62,553 nt of DNA, filler included, from an uncultured bacterium (GCA_964543655.1; 5 parts of 5 records of this genome joined end to end with filler, not necessarily neighbours in it); one strand, 5' to 3'. Shown: positions 10,613 to 21,554, counted from the whole stretch's first letter. Notes: generated by a model not told the origin, from the letters alone. Made by a program: numbers and translations.

Positions 10613-10798
10613 CGCTATTTTATTTCCAATTTCAAATACCATTCTTTTATTAGAAATATCAAAAGAAACACCATTTGTTTATTTTTTATAATTCAAAAAT
10701 ATCCAAATAAAAGCAAGCAATTTTAAAATATTACTTGACAGAAATTTTCTATTTATGTTATTGCTCTGCGACTTTTAAAAGGGGTGAAACACGTTTAA

Positions 10799-11158
10799 AT
10801 GACAGACTATTTTATTTTTAGAAATAGCATACTTAAATATTGTTTAATATTGTCGACAATATTTATTACACTATTTTTTGTTTTAGGAGAAAATAGGCTT
10901 GCATACGGTTTTATCTTAGGTGCCATTATATCAACAATTAATTTTTACCTGATGAGTCTCTCAAATTTAAAACTTATTACAATCCAGCAAAGTAGTAGAG
11001 CTATTCTAAATTTCATAAGCAAAAATCTCCTTTTCAGATATATTTTAATTTTTCTCACTTTAATAATTGCTTTAAAATATCCTATAATTAGTTTTAGTGG
11101 TACTTTAATTGGGTTATTTGTTGTTCAAATGTCAATTATTTTTAAAAATTTTATATAA
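10799..11158 (+). CDS. atpI: ATP synthase protein I (AtpI/UncI)
   Basis: 119-aa protein with four hydrophobic segments directly upstream of atpB; RY in the third helix. Confidence 0.75.
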   Translation: MTDYFIFRNSILKYCLILSTIFITLFFVLGENRLAYGFILGAIISTINFYLMSLSNLKLITIQQSSRAILNFISKNLLFRYILIFLTLIIALKYPIISFSGTLIGLFVVQMSIIFKNFI

Positions 11159-11170
11159 TTAGAAGGGCAA

Positions 11171-11845
11171 ATGGGAGACATAGGCAAAATTTTACAGTTA
11201 CATTTTACTTTAATGGGTATGAATATTACCCTGAATATAAAAACTATTCTTATGTCCTGGCTGATAATGGCATCTCTTATAATATTTTCATTGCTTGTTA
11301 CAACAAAAATTAGGTTAGTTCCTACAGTTTTACAATCACTTGCAGAAACAATTGTTCAAGCCTTTGACAAATTAGTTGCAGATACTTTAGAATCAAATGA
11401 CAGAAAATATTTTCCATTTATAACCGCTCTTTTTATGTTTCTTCTTCTCTGCAATTACATAGGAGTAATCCCAGGCTGTGATGAGCCTACTAAAGATTTA
11501 AATACTCCTCTTGGACTTGCTATTCTTGGCTTTATTATAGCACACTACTCTGGAATTAGATATAAAGGTATTTTAAAATATGCCAAAGAATATCTTGAAC
11601 CATTTTTTATAATGGCACCACTTAATCTTATTGGTGAGCTTGCCAAAGTTATATCAATTTCTTTCAGGCTTTTTGGTAATATAATGGGTGGTTCTATTAT
11701 TATTATAGTTGTTTCCCATTTGGTTTATAGCTTGGTGCTGCCACCATTTTTATATGCTTTTTTTGGAATATTTGTTGGAACAGTACAGGCATTTGTTTTT
11801 ACAATGTTAAGCCTTGTTTATATTGCATTACAAATTAAAGAGTAG
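11171..11845 (+). CDS. atpB: F0 subunit a
   Basis: PTKDLNTPL, SISFRLFGNIMGG (essential Arg), VQAFVFTMLS. Confidence 0.96.
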   Translation: MGDIGKILQLHFTLMGMNITLNIKTILMSWLIMASLIIFSLLVTTKIRLVPTVLQSLAETIVQAFDKLVADTLESNDRKYFPFITALFMFLLLCNYIGVIPGCDEPTKDLNTPLGLAILGFIIAHYSGIRYKGILKYAKEYLEPFFIMAPLNLIGELAKVISISFRLFGNIMGGSIIIIVVSHLVYSLVLPPFLYAFFGIFVGTVQAFVFTMLSLVYIALQIKE

Positions 11846-11848
11846 ACA

Positions 11849-12577
11849 ATGAACATAGCACAAATTATTGATGCATCAGCCTTTTTTTCTGCTGGTATAT
11901 GTATGGGTACAGGAGCAGTAGGTGCTGCAATTGGTGAAGGATATGCAGCAGGAGAAGCTGTTAACAGTATTTCTATACAGCCAAAAGCTTCAGCAGAGAT
12001 ATTAAAAACAATGCTTGTAAGTATGGCTATAGCTGAATCTGCATCAATTTTTGCTCTTGTAGTTGCTATACTTTTACTTTTCCAAAATTTCACTGAAGGG
12101 AATCTCTACACTGCTATGGCTCTTATTTCAGCTGGAATAAGCATGGGTATTGGTGCATTTGGCGCAGGAGTGGGCTCTGGCTTTCCAGGTGGAACCGCAT
12201 GTAGAGGAATTGCTCGTAATCCTCGAGCTACTACTCAAATTTCTACCAATATGCTTGTTGGTCAGGCTGTTGCACAAACACCAGCTATTTTTGCTATGCT
12301 CGTTGCATTTATTTTAATGTATAAATCTTATCCTTCAACTATTACCATCACATATCTTGCTGCTATTTTAGGAGCTGGAATTTCTATGGGTTTTGGAGCT
12401 ATTGGTCCAGGTATTGGTGGCGGTATTGCAGCAGCTTCTGCTGCAGAAGGAGTTGCTAAAAATCCAGAAGTAAGTAACATACTTACAAGAATAATGTTAA
12501 TAGGACAAGCTGTTTCACAATCTACAAGTGTTTATGCACTTGTTATTTCATTTGTACTGTTATTTGTTGTAAAATAA
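11849..12577 (+). CDS. atpE: F0 subunit c, triplicated (three fused hairpins, only one carboxylate site)
   Basis: Three c-subunit repeats with loops IQP/RNP/KNP; helix-2 motifs AIAES, AVAQT, AVSQS. Confidence 0.92.
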   Translation: MNIAQIIDASAFFSAGICMGTGAVGAAIGEGYAAGEAVNSISIQPKASAEILKTMLVSMAIAESASIFALVVAILLLFQNFTEGNLYTAMALISAGISMGIGAFGAGVGSGFPGGTACRGIARNPRATTQISTNMLVGQAVAQTPAIFAMLVAFILMYKSYPSTITITYLAAILGAGISMGFGAIGPGIGGGIAAASAAEGVAKNPEVSNILTRIMLIGQAVSQSTSVYALVISFVLLFVVK

Positions 12578-12595
12578 ATTAATTGGAGGGGAGCC

Positions 12596-12844
12596 ATGGA
12601 TATAACAGGTGGTCAAATTATTAAAGCAGCTGCACTTTTAGGTGCAGGTATATGTATGGGTATTGGAGCTATTGGCCCAGGTATTGGTGAAGGTTTTGCT
12701 GCTGGCAAAGCTTGTGAAGGGGTATCACGTAATCCCAATGAAGCTGGCTTACTTACAAGAACAATGTTAGTTGGACAGGCTGTTTCAGAATCTACTGGTA
12801 TCTATGCATTAGTAATTGCGCTTTTATTAATATTTGTAGTATAA
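12596..12844 (+). CDS. atpE: F0 subunit c, single hairpin, Na+-binding signature
   Basis: [27 protein letters not shown]. Confidence 0.97.
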   Translation: MDITGGQIIKAAALLGAGICMGIGAIGPGIGEGFAAGKACEGVSRNPNEAGLLTRTMLVGQAVSESTGIYALVIALLLIFVV

Positions 12845-12864
12845 AAATCTAAAAGGAGAGTAAA

Positions 12865-13293
12865 GTGATAAATATCAATTTTACTATAATCATACAAGTG
12901 ATAAATTTCATTTTCCTAATGTGGTTTTTAAATAAGTATCTTTTTAAACCTGTTCTAAAGATGCTTGATGAAAGAGAGAATAAAATAGCTGGTGATTTTG
13001 AAAAAGCTGAAAAAATTAATCAAGAAGTTGATAAAGGTCTTGAGCAGTTAGAAAAAGAGTTTAAAGAAGTTAGGTTGGAAAGTAATAACTTGAAAAATAG
13101 CATTAAGAATGAAGGTGTTGAAATAGCCAATAAGAAGCTTGAAGAAGCCAAAGGAGAAGCTGGAAAATATCTTGAAAATTTTTACAAAGAATTAGAAACC
13201 ACAAAGAATAAAGTTAAGGAAAGCCTTGAAAAAGAAGCTGATTTAATGGCAAAATCAATTGCTTCAATGTTGCTTGATAAGGAAATATCTTAA
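12865..13293 (+). CDS. atpF: F0 subunit b'
   Basis: N-terminal TM helix, LFKPVLKMLDERE, coiled coil. Confidence 0.9.
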   Translation: MININFTIIIQVINFIFLMWFLNKYLFKPVLKMLDERENKIAGDFEKAEKINQEVDKGLEQLEKEFKEVRLESNNLKNSIKNEGVEIANKKLEEAKGEAGKYLENFYKELETTKNKVKESLEKEADLMAKSIASMLLDKEIS

Positions 13294-13308
13294 ATTAAGG
13301 AGAATCTT

Positions 13309-13884
13309 ATGAAAAAGATTTTATTTTTTATTTTAACAATTGTTTTTTTACTAATACTTAATTCATTTGGTTTTTGTGCAGAAGCAGCACATGGTGAGCA
13401 TGAGCTTAAAAGGCAGCTATGGGACTTTGTTTGGAGAATAATTAACTTTGGAATTCTTGTTTTTTTACTTTACAAAGTTGGTAAAAAGCCTTTTAAAGAA
13501 TTTCTGTTTTCACGAAAAGAAAAGATAGAAACTGCTATTATTGAAGCTGAAAATGCTCTAAAACTTGCTGAGGACAGAAAAAAAGAGTATGAAGAAAAAA
13601 TTAAAAATTTAGAAAAAGAGAAAAAAGCTATTTTAGAACAGTTTAGAAAAGAAGGTGAAATTGCAAAAGAAAGAATAATTGCAGATGCAGAAGAGAAAGC
13701 TAAAAAAATTATTCAGCAGGCTAAAGTTGCTGCTGAGCAGGAAATAGAAAAAGAGAAAGAGCTTATTAAACTTGAAACTGTTAACAAAGTTATTTCACTT
13801 GCTGAAGATATTATTAAGAAAAACATTACAGATGAAGATCATGACAAAATTATCAAAAAATCTATAGAAAGGATGGTGAGCTAA
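13309..13884 (+). CDS. atpF: F0 subunit b with N-terminal extension
   Basis: WRIINFGILV...KKPFKEFLFSRKEKI followed by a coiled coil. Confidence 0.9.
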   Translation: MKKILFFILTIVFLLILNSFGFCAEAAHGEHELKRQLWDFVWRIINFGILVFLLYKVGKKPFKEFLFSRKEKIETAIIEAENALKLAEDRKKEYEEKIKNLEKEKKAILEQFRKEGEIAKERIIADAEEKAKKIIQQAKVAAEQEIEKEKELIKLETVNKVISLAEDIIKKNITDEDHDKIIKKSIERMVS

Positions 13885-13886
13885 AA

Positions 13887-14429
13887 TTGATTAAATATAA
13901 AGTTGCTACCAAATATGCCAAAGCACTATTTTCACTTGCAAAAGATGAGAATTTAACAGAAAAAGTTTTAACTGACCTTTCCTTGATTACAGAGATATTT
14001 AAAATTAGCAAAGATTTTCAAATAGTAATGGTAGGTGCGATTGTTTCAAAAGAGGAGAAAAAGGAACTAATAGAAGATATTTCTAAAAAATATAAGTTCA
14101 ACAAAATAACAGAGAATTTTTTAAAGATTCTTATAGATAAAAGGAAAATAAAGTTCCTGCCATTTATTTTAGACAAATATCAAAAACTTTACAGAGATGA
14201 TATTGGAATAATGGTTGCAGAAATAATTTCTGCTATAAAACTTCAAAAAAGTAAGATTAATGAAATCAAGAAAAACCTTGAAAAGAAACTTAATAAAAAA
14301 CTTGAAATTAACAATAAAATTGATCCAGAAATTTTAGGTGGCATTATTGTAAAGACTGAAGGATTAACTTATGATAGCTCATTAAAAATGCAATTAACAA
14401 AAATTAAAGAAAATATATTAAAGGGGTAG
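13887..14429 (+). CDS. atpH: F1 subunit delta
   Basis: VATKYAKALF, IDPEILGGII, YDSSLKMQL. Confidence 0.93.
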   Translation: MIKYKVATKYAKALFSLAKDENLTEKVLTDLSLITEIFKISKDFQIVMVGAIVSKEEKKELIEDISKKYKFNKITENFLKILIDKRKIKFLPFILDKYQKLYRDDIGIMVAEIISAIKLQKSKINEIKKNLEKKLNKKLEINNKIDPEILGGIIVKTEGLTYDSSLKMQLTKIKENILKG

Positions 14430-14432
14430 AAA

Positions 14433-15947
14433 ATGCAAATAAGAGCAGATGAAATCAGTAGCGTTTTAAAGGAACACATTAAAAATTATGAGCAAAAGGT
14501 TGAAATTAGCGAAACAGGGACTGTTTTAAGTGTTGGTGATGGAATTGCAAGGGTATACGGTCTTGAAAAAGTTATGGCTGGTGAGCTTGTAGAATTTCCT
14601 GGTGGAATTTACGGACTTGCTTTAAACCTTGAGGAAGACAATGTTGGTATTGCTATTCTTGGTGAAGATGTGCATATTAAAGAAGGTGATGAAGTAAAAA
14701 GAACAGGTAGAATTTTTGAGGTTCCTGTTGGAAAAGCAATGCTTGGAAGGGTAGTTGACCCAGTTGGAACTCCACTTGATGGCAAAGGTCCAATTAAAAC
14801 TGATGAAACAAGAAAAGTTGAAATTAAAGCTCCAGGTATTGTTATGAGACAACCTGTTCATGAGCCTCTGCAAACAGGTCTCAAAGCTATTGACTCAATG
14901 ATTCCAATTGGTAGGGGACAAAGGGAGCTTATTATTGGTGATAGACAAACAGGTAAAACTGCTATTGCTATTGATACCATAATCAATCAGAAAGGAAAGA
15001 ATTGTTACTGTATTTACGTTGCTATTGGTCAGAAAAGGTCAACAGTTGCTCAAGTTGTTGCAACTCTTGAAGAACATGGTGCAATGGAATATACCACAAT
15101 AGTTGCTGCAACTGCAAGTGACCCTGCTCCTCTTCAATATATCGCCCCTTATGCTGGTGTTACAATGGGTGAATATTTTAGAGACAACGGTATGCATGCA
15201 GTTATTATTTACGATGACCTTTCTAAGCAAGCTACAGCTTATAGACAGCTTTCATTACTCCTCAGAAGACCTCCTGGAAGGGAAGCTTATCCTGGTGATA
15301 TTTTCTATACACACTCAAGATTGCTCGAAAGAGCAGCAAAGCTTAGTGATGATCAGGGAGCTGGTTCATTAACAGCGCTTCCTATAATTGAGACTCAGGC
15401 AGGTGATGTTTCTGCATATATTCCTACAAATGTTATCTCTATTACAGATGGTCAGATATACCTTGAAAGTGACCTGTTTTACTCAGGTGTTAGACCTGCT
15501 GTTAATGTTGGGCTATCTGTATCAAGGGTTGGTGGTAGTGCTCAAATTAAAGCTATGAAGCAGGTAGCTGGTAGTTTAAGGCTTGACCTTGCTCAATACA
15601 GGGAACTTGAAGCATTTGCGCAGTTTGGTAGTGACCTTGACAAAGCTACTCAAATGCAGTTAGCAAGAGGTGCAAGGCTTGTTGAAATTCTCAAGCAGGA
15701 TCAGTACAAGCCTTTACCAGTAGAGAAACAGGTGTTAATAATTTATGCAGGTACCAATGGTTATCTTGATAAATATCCTGTTGAATCTCTCAACAAGTAT
15801 GAAGAGGAATTATACAACTTTATTGAAAATAATTATCCTGATATTATTTCAAAATTAGAAACAGAAAAGCAGATAAATGATGAAATAAAAGCAAAATTAG
15901 ATGAAGCATTAAGCAAATTTGATGAAGTATTTGTAGCAGAAAAATAG
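14433..15947 (+). CDS. atpA: F1 subunit alpha
   Basis: [18 protein letters not shown]. Confidence 0.99.
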   Translation: MQIRADEISSVLKEHIKNYEQKVEISETGTVLSVGDGIARVYGLEKVMAGELVEFPGGIYGLALNLEEDNVGIAILGEDVHIKEGDEVKRTGRIFEVPVGKAMLGRVVDPVGTPLDGKGPIKTDETRKVEIKAPGIVMRQPVHEPLQTGLKAIDSMIPIGRGQRELIIGDRQTGKTAIAIDTIINQKGKNCYCIYVAIGQKRSTVAQVVATLEEHGAMEYTTIVAATASDPAPLQYIAPYAGVTMGEYFRDNGMHAVIIYDDLSKQATAYRQLSLLLRRPPGREAYPGDIFYTHSRLLERAAKLSDDQGAGSLTALPIIETQAGDVSAYIPTNVISITDGQIYLESDLFYSGVRPAVNVGLSVSRVGGSAQIKAMKQVAGSLRLDLAQYRELEAFAQFGSDLDKATQMQLARGARLVEILKQDQYKPLPVEKQVLIIYAGTNGYLDKYPVESLNKYEEELYNFIENNYPDIISKLETEKQINDEIKAKLDEALSKFDEVFVAEK

Positions 15948-15956
15948 GAGAATAAA

Positions 15957-16811
15957 ATGGCTAACTTACGAGATATTAAAAAAAGAATTGCCAGTGTAAA
16001 AAATACACAGCAAATTACCAAAGCAATGTATATGGTTTCTGCTGCAAAGTTGAGAAGAGCAGAAGAGGCAATCAAAGCTGCGCTTCCATATTCAGAAAAG
16101 TTAAAAATGATAATGTCAAGTATCTTTGCTCGAATTGAGAACAAAGAGCATCCACTTCTTGTTGAAAGAGAGCCCAGAAATGTTTTAATTGTTGGTATTG
16201 CCTCTGACAGAGGTCTTTGCGGCAGTTTTAATAACCATTTGCTTAAAGAGATAAACAACTTCATGAATGAAAATAACTATAATTTTTCTGCAATAGCAAT
16301 AGGTAGAAAAGTGAGAGATTTTTTCAAAAAAAGAGATGTAAAGCTGATTTCTCAATATGAAGGTGTGGCAAATGCAGATTATTCTTCAGCTGCATCTATT
16401 AGTGACACTATCTGTAAACTTTACAAAGAAGAGGAAATAGATAGAGTTTATATTGTTTACAATCATTTTGTTTCAGCAATTTCCCAAAAGCTACAATTTG
16501 ATCAAATTTTACCAGTTGAGCCAGAGGATCTTGAAACTGAACAATATGTTGTAGAATACCTTACAGAGCCTTCTCTGAATGAAATTCTTGATGTTATTAT
16601 TCCAAAATATATAGCAAATGATATTTACACAGCATGGCTTGATTCTATTGCAAGTGAGCATGCAGCAAGGATGACTTCTATGGATAATGCTACTAAGAAT
16701 GCTTCTGAAATGATAGACAAGCTTACACTTCTTTTTAACAGAGTTAGACAGGCTACAATTACAAAAGAGCTTATGGAAATTATAGGTGGTAAAGAGGCTT
16801 TGGAAGGTTAA
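15957..16811 (+). CDS. atpG: F1 subunit gamma
   Basis: KNTQQITKAM, DRGLCGSFN, RQATITKELMEI. Confidence 0.98.
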   Translation: MANLRDIKKRIASVKNTQQITKAMYMVSAAKLRRAEEAIKAALPYSEKLKMIMSSIFARIENKEHPLLVEREPRNVLIVGIASDRGLCGSFNNHLLKEINNFMNENNYNFSAIAIGRKVRDFFKKRDVKLISQYEGVANADYSSAASISDTICKLYKEEEIDRVYIVYNHFVSAISQKLQFDQILPVEPEDLETEQYVVEYLTEPSLNEILDVIIPKYIANDIYTAWLDSIASEHAARMTSMDNATKNASEMIDKLTLLFNRVRQATITKELMEIIGGKEALEG

Positions 16812-16828
16812 ATTAAAAAATAAATTAA

Positions 16829-18256
<1,428 letters not shown>

Positions 18257-18267
18257 AGGAGCAATAA

Positions 18268-18666
18268 ATGAGATTTGAACTTGTTTCACCATCCAAGGTA
18301 ATTTTTGAAGGCACTGTTGAAGAAGTTAATGCACCAGGAATAGAAGGTGACTTTGGTGTTTTGCCCGGACATACACCATTTTTAACATTTTTAAATGTTG
18401 GTGAATTAATATATAAAGTAAATGGTAATGAAAAATATGTTGCTATAGATGGCGGTATAATAGAGGTTCTGCCAGCAAGAGTTATAGCTGTTGTTGATGA
18501 TGCATTACCAGCTGAAGAGATAGATTTAAAAGAAGCAGAAGAGATGAAAGCATCATCTGAGCAAAGACTCAGAGAGCTGTCAGAGGAAGATAAAGAGTAC
18601 ATTGTTGAAAAAGCAAAACTTGCAAAAGCTTTAAATCTTATAAAAGTTGCAGGAAGATTGAAATAG
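18268..18666 (+). CDS. atpC: F1 subunit epsilon
   Basis: ELVSP, EGDFGVLPGHTP. Confidence 0.95.
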   Translation: MRFELVSPSKVIFEGTVEEVNAPGIEGDFGVLPGHTPFLTFLNVGELIYKVNGNEKYVAIDGGIIEVLPARVIAVVDDALPAEEIDLKEAEEMKASSEQRLRELSEEDKEYIVEKAKLAKALNLIKVAGRLK

Positions 18667-18668
18667 TG

Positions 18669-18708
18669 TTGACATAGGAAAAATTTTATTGTATTTAGTG
18701 CGTCCCCT
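18669..18708 (+). promoter_or_regulatory. Putative sigma70 promoter of tRNA-Met with GC-rich discriminator
   Basis: TTGACA at 18669-18674, 17-bp spacer, weak -10 TATTTA, then GC-rich GTGCGTCCCCT just before the tRNA. Confidence 0.5.
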
Positions 18709-18782
18709 GGCGGCATAGCTCAGATGGTTAGAGCATGCGGCTCATATCCGCAGTGTCCGGGGTTCGATTCCCTGTGCCGCCA
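18709..18782 (+). tRNA. tRNA-Met(CAT), elongator type; CCA not encoded
   Basis: Cloverleaf: acceptor GGCGGCA/TGCCGCC, D stem GCTC/GAGC, anticodon stem TGCGG/CCGCA with loop CTCATAT, T loop TTCGATT; followed by CTA instead of CCA. Confidence 0.93.
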
Positions 18783-18787
18783 CTAAT

Positions 18788-18813
18788 AAAGCCAGCATTA
18801 CGCTGGCTTTTTT
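18788..18813 (+). terminator. Rho-independent terminator after tRNA-Met
   Basis: AAAGCCAGC-ATTAC-GCTGGCTTT followed by further T residues. Confidence 0.85.
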
Positions 18814-18855
18814 ATTTAGAAGCAACATCACCTATAAATAGATTTGGAGGAATAG

Positions 18856-20313
18856 ATGGATAACATTAGAGTAAGATTCGCACCAAGCCCCACAGGTAAG
18901 CTCCATATTGGCAATGCAAGAACAGCAATGTTTAATTACTTACTTGCAAAAAAATTTAATGGAAAATTTATTTTAAGAATTGAAGATACTGACTTTGAGC
19001 GTTCTACCAAAGAATCAGAAGAATCCATTCTTAAAGATTTAAAATGGCTTGGTTTAACTTGGGACGAGGGACCTGATGTTGGAGGTGAGTATGGTCCATA
19101 TAGACAATCAGAGAGATTTGATATTTATAAAAAATATACAGATAAGTTACTTAACGAAGGCAAAGCTTATAAATGCTTTTGTACTCCAGAAGAAATAGAG
19201 GAAATGAGAAAAGAGTGTATAAAAAATGGCAAACAACCACGATACAATGGCAGGTGTAGAAACCTCACATTAGAAGAGGTTGAAGAACTTGAAAAATCCG
19301 GGAAAAAATATTCAATTAGATTTAAAGTTAATGAAGGTATTAATGTAATTGTTAATGATATGATTAGAGGTAAGGTTGAATTTAATTCCTCAAATATTGG
19401 TGGTGATTTTATAATTGTAAGGTCAGATGGAGTTCCAGTGTATAATTACATTGTTGTAATTGATGATTATCTAATGAAGATAACCCATGTGGTACGTGGT
19501 GATGACCATCTTTCAAATACACCAAAGCAGATTTTAGTTGCAAAAGCTCTCAACATCCCATTACCCAAATATGCTCATCATGCTCTTATTCTTGGTCCAG
19601 ACAGGGCAAAACTAAGTAAACGTCATGGAATAACTTCTGTATCTAATTACAGAGAAGAGGGATACTTGCCTGAGGCATTATTTAACTATCTATCTCTACT
19701 TGGCTGGTCATCTGAATCTGGGGAAGAAATTCTATCAAAAGAGCAGCTCATTAAGGAGATTGATCTTTCCAGAGTTGGCAAAAGCGCTGCTATATTTGAT
19801 TTTAAAAAATTAAGATGGATAAATAGCCTATATATTAGAAAACTTGACAACGAAACTTTGCTAAATTTAACTAAAAGATTCATTGAAGATTCAGGGTATA
19901 ATTTAAAAAATTACAACAAAGAATGGTTGCTAAATTTTATTGATCTTATTAAAGGTAATCTTGAAATTTTAAGTGATATTAAAATGTGGCTACCAATGTT
20001 TTTTGATGATACTGTTGAATATTCAGAGGAATGCAATGAAATTATTCAAAATGATTTACCTGTGGAATTAATTAACAGTTTCAAAAAAAATGTAGAGTCA
20101 GTTGATGAAATAAATAACGAAACTTATGTTACAATAATGAAATCAGTAATGAAGGAAACTAAAGTTAAAGGGAAAAAATTGTTTATGCCAATTAGAGTTT
20201 TAGTTACAGGTAAAAATAGGGGACCTGATCTTGACAAAACATTGATATTGTTAGGTAAGGAAAAAATTTTGAAAAGAATAGAAAATTTTTTATCAAAAAT
20301 AGATGATGGATAA
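18856..20313 (+). CDS. gltX: Glutamate--tRNA ligase
   Basis: RFAPSPTG, HIGN, LRIEDTD, KLSKR. Confidence 0.97.
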   Translation: MDNIRVRFAPSPTGKLHIGNARTAMFNYLLAKKFNGKFILRIEDTDFERSTKESEESILKDLKWLGLTWDEGPDVGGEYGPYRQSERFDIYKKYTDKLLNEGKAYKCFCTPEEIEEMRKECIKNGKQPRYNGRCRNLTLEEVEELEKSGKKYSIRFKVNEGINVIVNDMIRGKVEFNSSNIGGDFIIVRSDGVPVYNYIVVIDDYLMKITHVVRGDDHLSNTPKQILVAKALNIPLPKYAHHALILGPDRAKLSKRHGITSVSNYREEGYLPEALFNYLSLLGWSSESGEEILSKEQLIKEIDLSRVGKSAAIFDFKKLRWINSLYIRKLDNETLLNLTKRFIEDSGYNLKNYNKEWLLNFIDLIKGNLEILSDIKMWLPMFFDDTVEYSEECNEIIQNDLPVELINSFKKNVESVDEINNETYVTIMKSVMKETKVKGKKLFMPIRVLVTGKNRGPDLDKTLILLGKEKILKRIENFLSKIDDG

Positions 20314-20896
20314 TCTATTTTTATTAACTGTTGATAAGTATTTTGAACATACTGAAATTAAAGAAAAAATTTTAGAAAAAAAAGAAAAATTTTTAGAATA
20401 TATTGAAATTGTCTCAAAATGGAAAGAGAAAATCAATATTACAGGTTTTTCCAGTGAAGATTTTCTTTTTAGGGGTACAGTTGAGCCATTACTGATTTTT
20501 ACAAAATATAAAGGAGTATTTTTTAAAGAAATTACAGACATAGGCTCTGGTGCTGGCATACCTGCCATTTCTTATGCTATATTTTTTGAGAATACTTCTG
20601 TGAACTGTATTGAGGTTAATAAAAAAAAAATTGCATTTCTAAATTTTATCAAATACTCTCTTAATCTGCACAATTTAAACATTTCTAAGAACATACCTCA
20701 AAAAAACTTCTGCATCACCTCTCGTGCTTTTATGAATTTTAATGATTTTTTAAAATTTTTAAGTGAAAAAAGAATAACTTACCGATATTTAATACATTTT
20801 TTTAAAGATAATTATAAAAATTCCAATGAATTAAAAATTGTTTCAAAAATAAAATACAACAACAAATATTTTCAGGTATTATATCAAAAAAATTAA
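20303..20896 (+). CDS. rsmG: 16S rRNA m7G methyltransferase RsmG/GidB-like, divergent
   Basis: W..KINITG, DIGSGAGIP, KKKIAFL, TSRAF. Confidence 0.75.
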   Translation: MMDNLFLLTVDKYFEHTEIKEKILEKKEKFLEYIEIVSKWKEKINITGFSSEDFLFRGTVEPLLIFTKYKGVFFKEITDIGSGAGIPAISYAIFFENTSVNCIEVNKKKIAFLNFIKYSLNLHNLNISKNIPQKNFCITSRAFMNFNDFLKFLSEKRITYRYLIHFFKDNYKNSNELKIVSKIKYNNKYFQVLYQKN

Positions 20897-21120
20897 TTTT
20901 TTTGATATTAGTTTAGTATAATTAACTACTAATACAACTTTCTGTTTGAAATGACATTTGTAATATTCTTTAATTGTAGTTATTTACGTGCTTTTTAACG
21001 TTGAACTATGAACTGTAAACTGGTATAATGCAAAAACAAATTTAAAACCCAACAAGCAGTTTTTTTTACAAGTATTCTTATAACCTTTTTAATTTGAAAT
21101 AAAATCTATAATATTTTAAA

Positions 21121-21160
21121 AACTTTAAACTAATAACTAATAACTGATAACTGATAACTA
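21121..21160. repeat. 7-bp tandem repeat (AACTRAT family)
   Basis: AACTTTA AACTAAT AACTAAT AACTGAT AACTGAT AACTA; related units at about 20997-21024 and 53361-53386. Confidence 0.8.
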
Positions 21161-21343
21161 TCATAGGAGCTTTAACCCGAAAAATCTCTTGCTTCAAGGT
21201 TATTTTTCTATAAGACCTTAGACAAAAAATTTTATTCTCAAAGCTGTTTTGTATAAATAATTATAACTAACTATAATTAAAAATTTTTAGAATTTATATC
21301 CATAAATTTTGATAAATTTATGGATTTATGATAGGTAATATTT

Positions 21344-21454
21344 ATGATTATTAAAAGAGCTTATAATCTTGAAAAATATATTCAAAAAAACAGAGTCCTC
21401 ATTATTTACGGAGCAAGGAGAGTGGGGAAAACCACTCTTTTAAAAGAATTTTTA
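21344..21454 (+). CDS. N-terminus of an AAA+ ATPase (AAA_14/DUF4143-type), cut by the contig end
   Basis: Manual translation MIIKRAYNLEKYIQKNRVLIIYGARRVGKTTLLKEFL, containing a Walker A motif. Confidence 0.75.
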
Positions 21455-21554
21455 NNNNNNNNNNNNNNNNNNNNNNNNNNNNNNNNNNNNNNNNNNNNTT
21501 AATTAATTAANNNNNNNNNNNNNNNNNNNNNNNNNNNNNNNNNNNNNNNNNNNN
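21455..21554. other. Artificial contig linker
   Basis: N44-TTAATTAATTAA-N44; the 12-mer carries stops in all six frames. Confidence 0.99.

Noticed and set aside
18709-18782. tRNA(CAT) as initiator fMet or Ile2
   Set aside because: It has a G1-C72 pair and no GGG/CCC anticodon stem, so it is not an initiator. The overall sequence fits elongator Met better than Ile2, though Ile2 is not formally excluded.
18783-18855. tRNA as an integration site
   Set aside because: No duplicated tRNA 3' end or integrase follows; gltX comes directly after the terminator.
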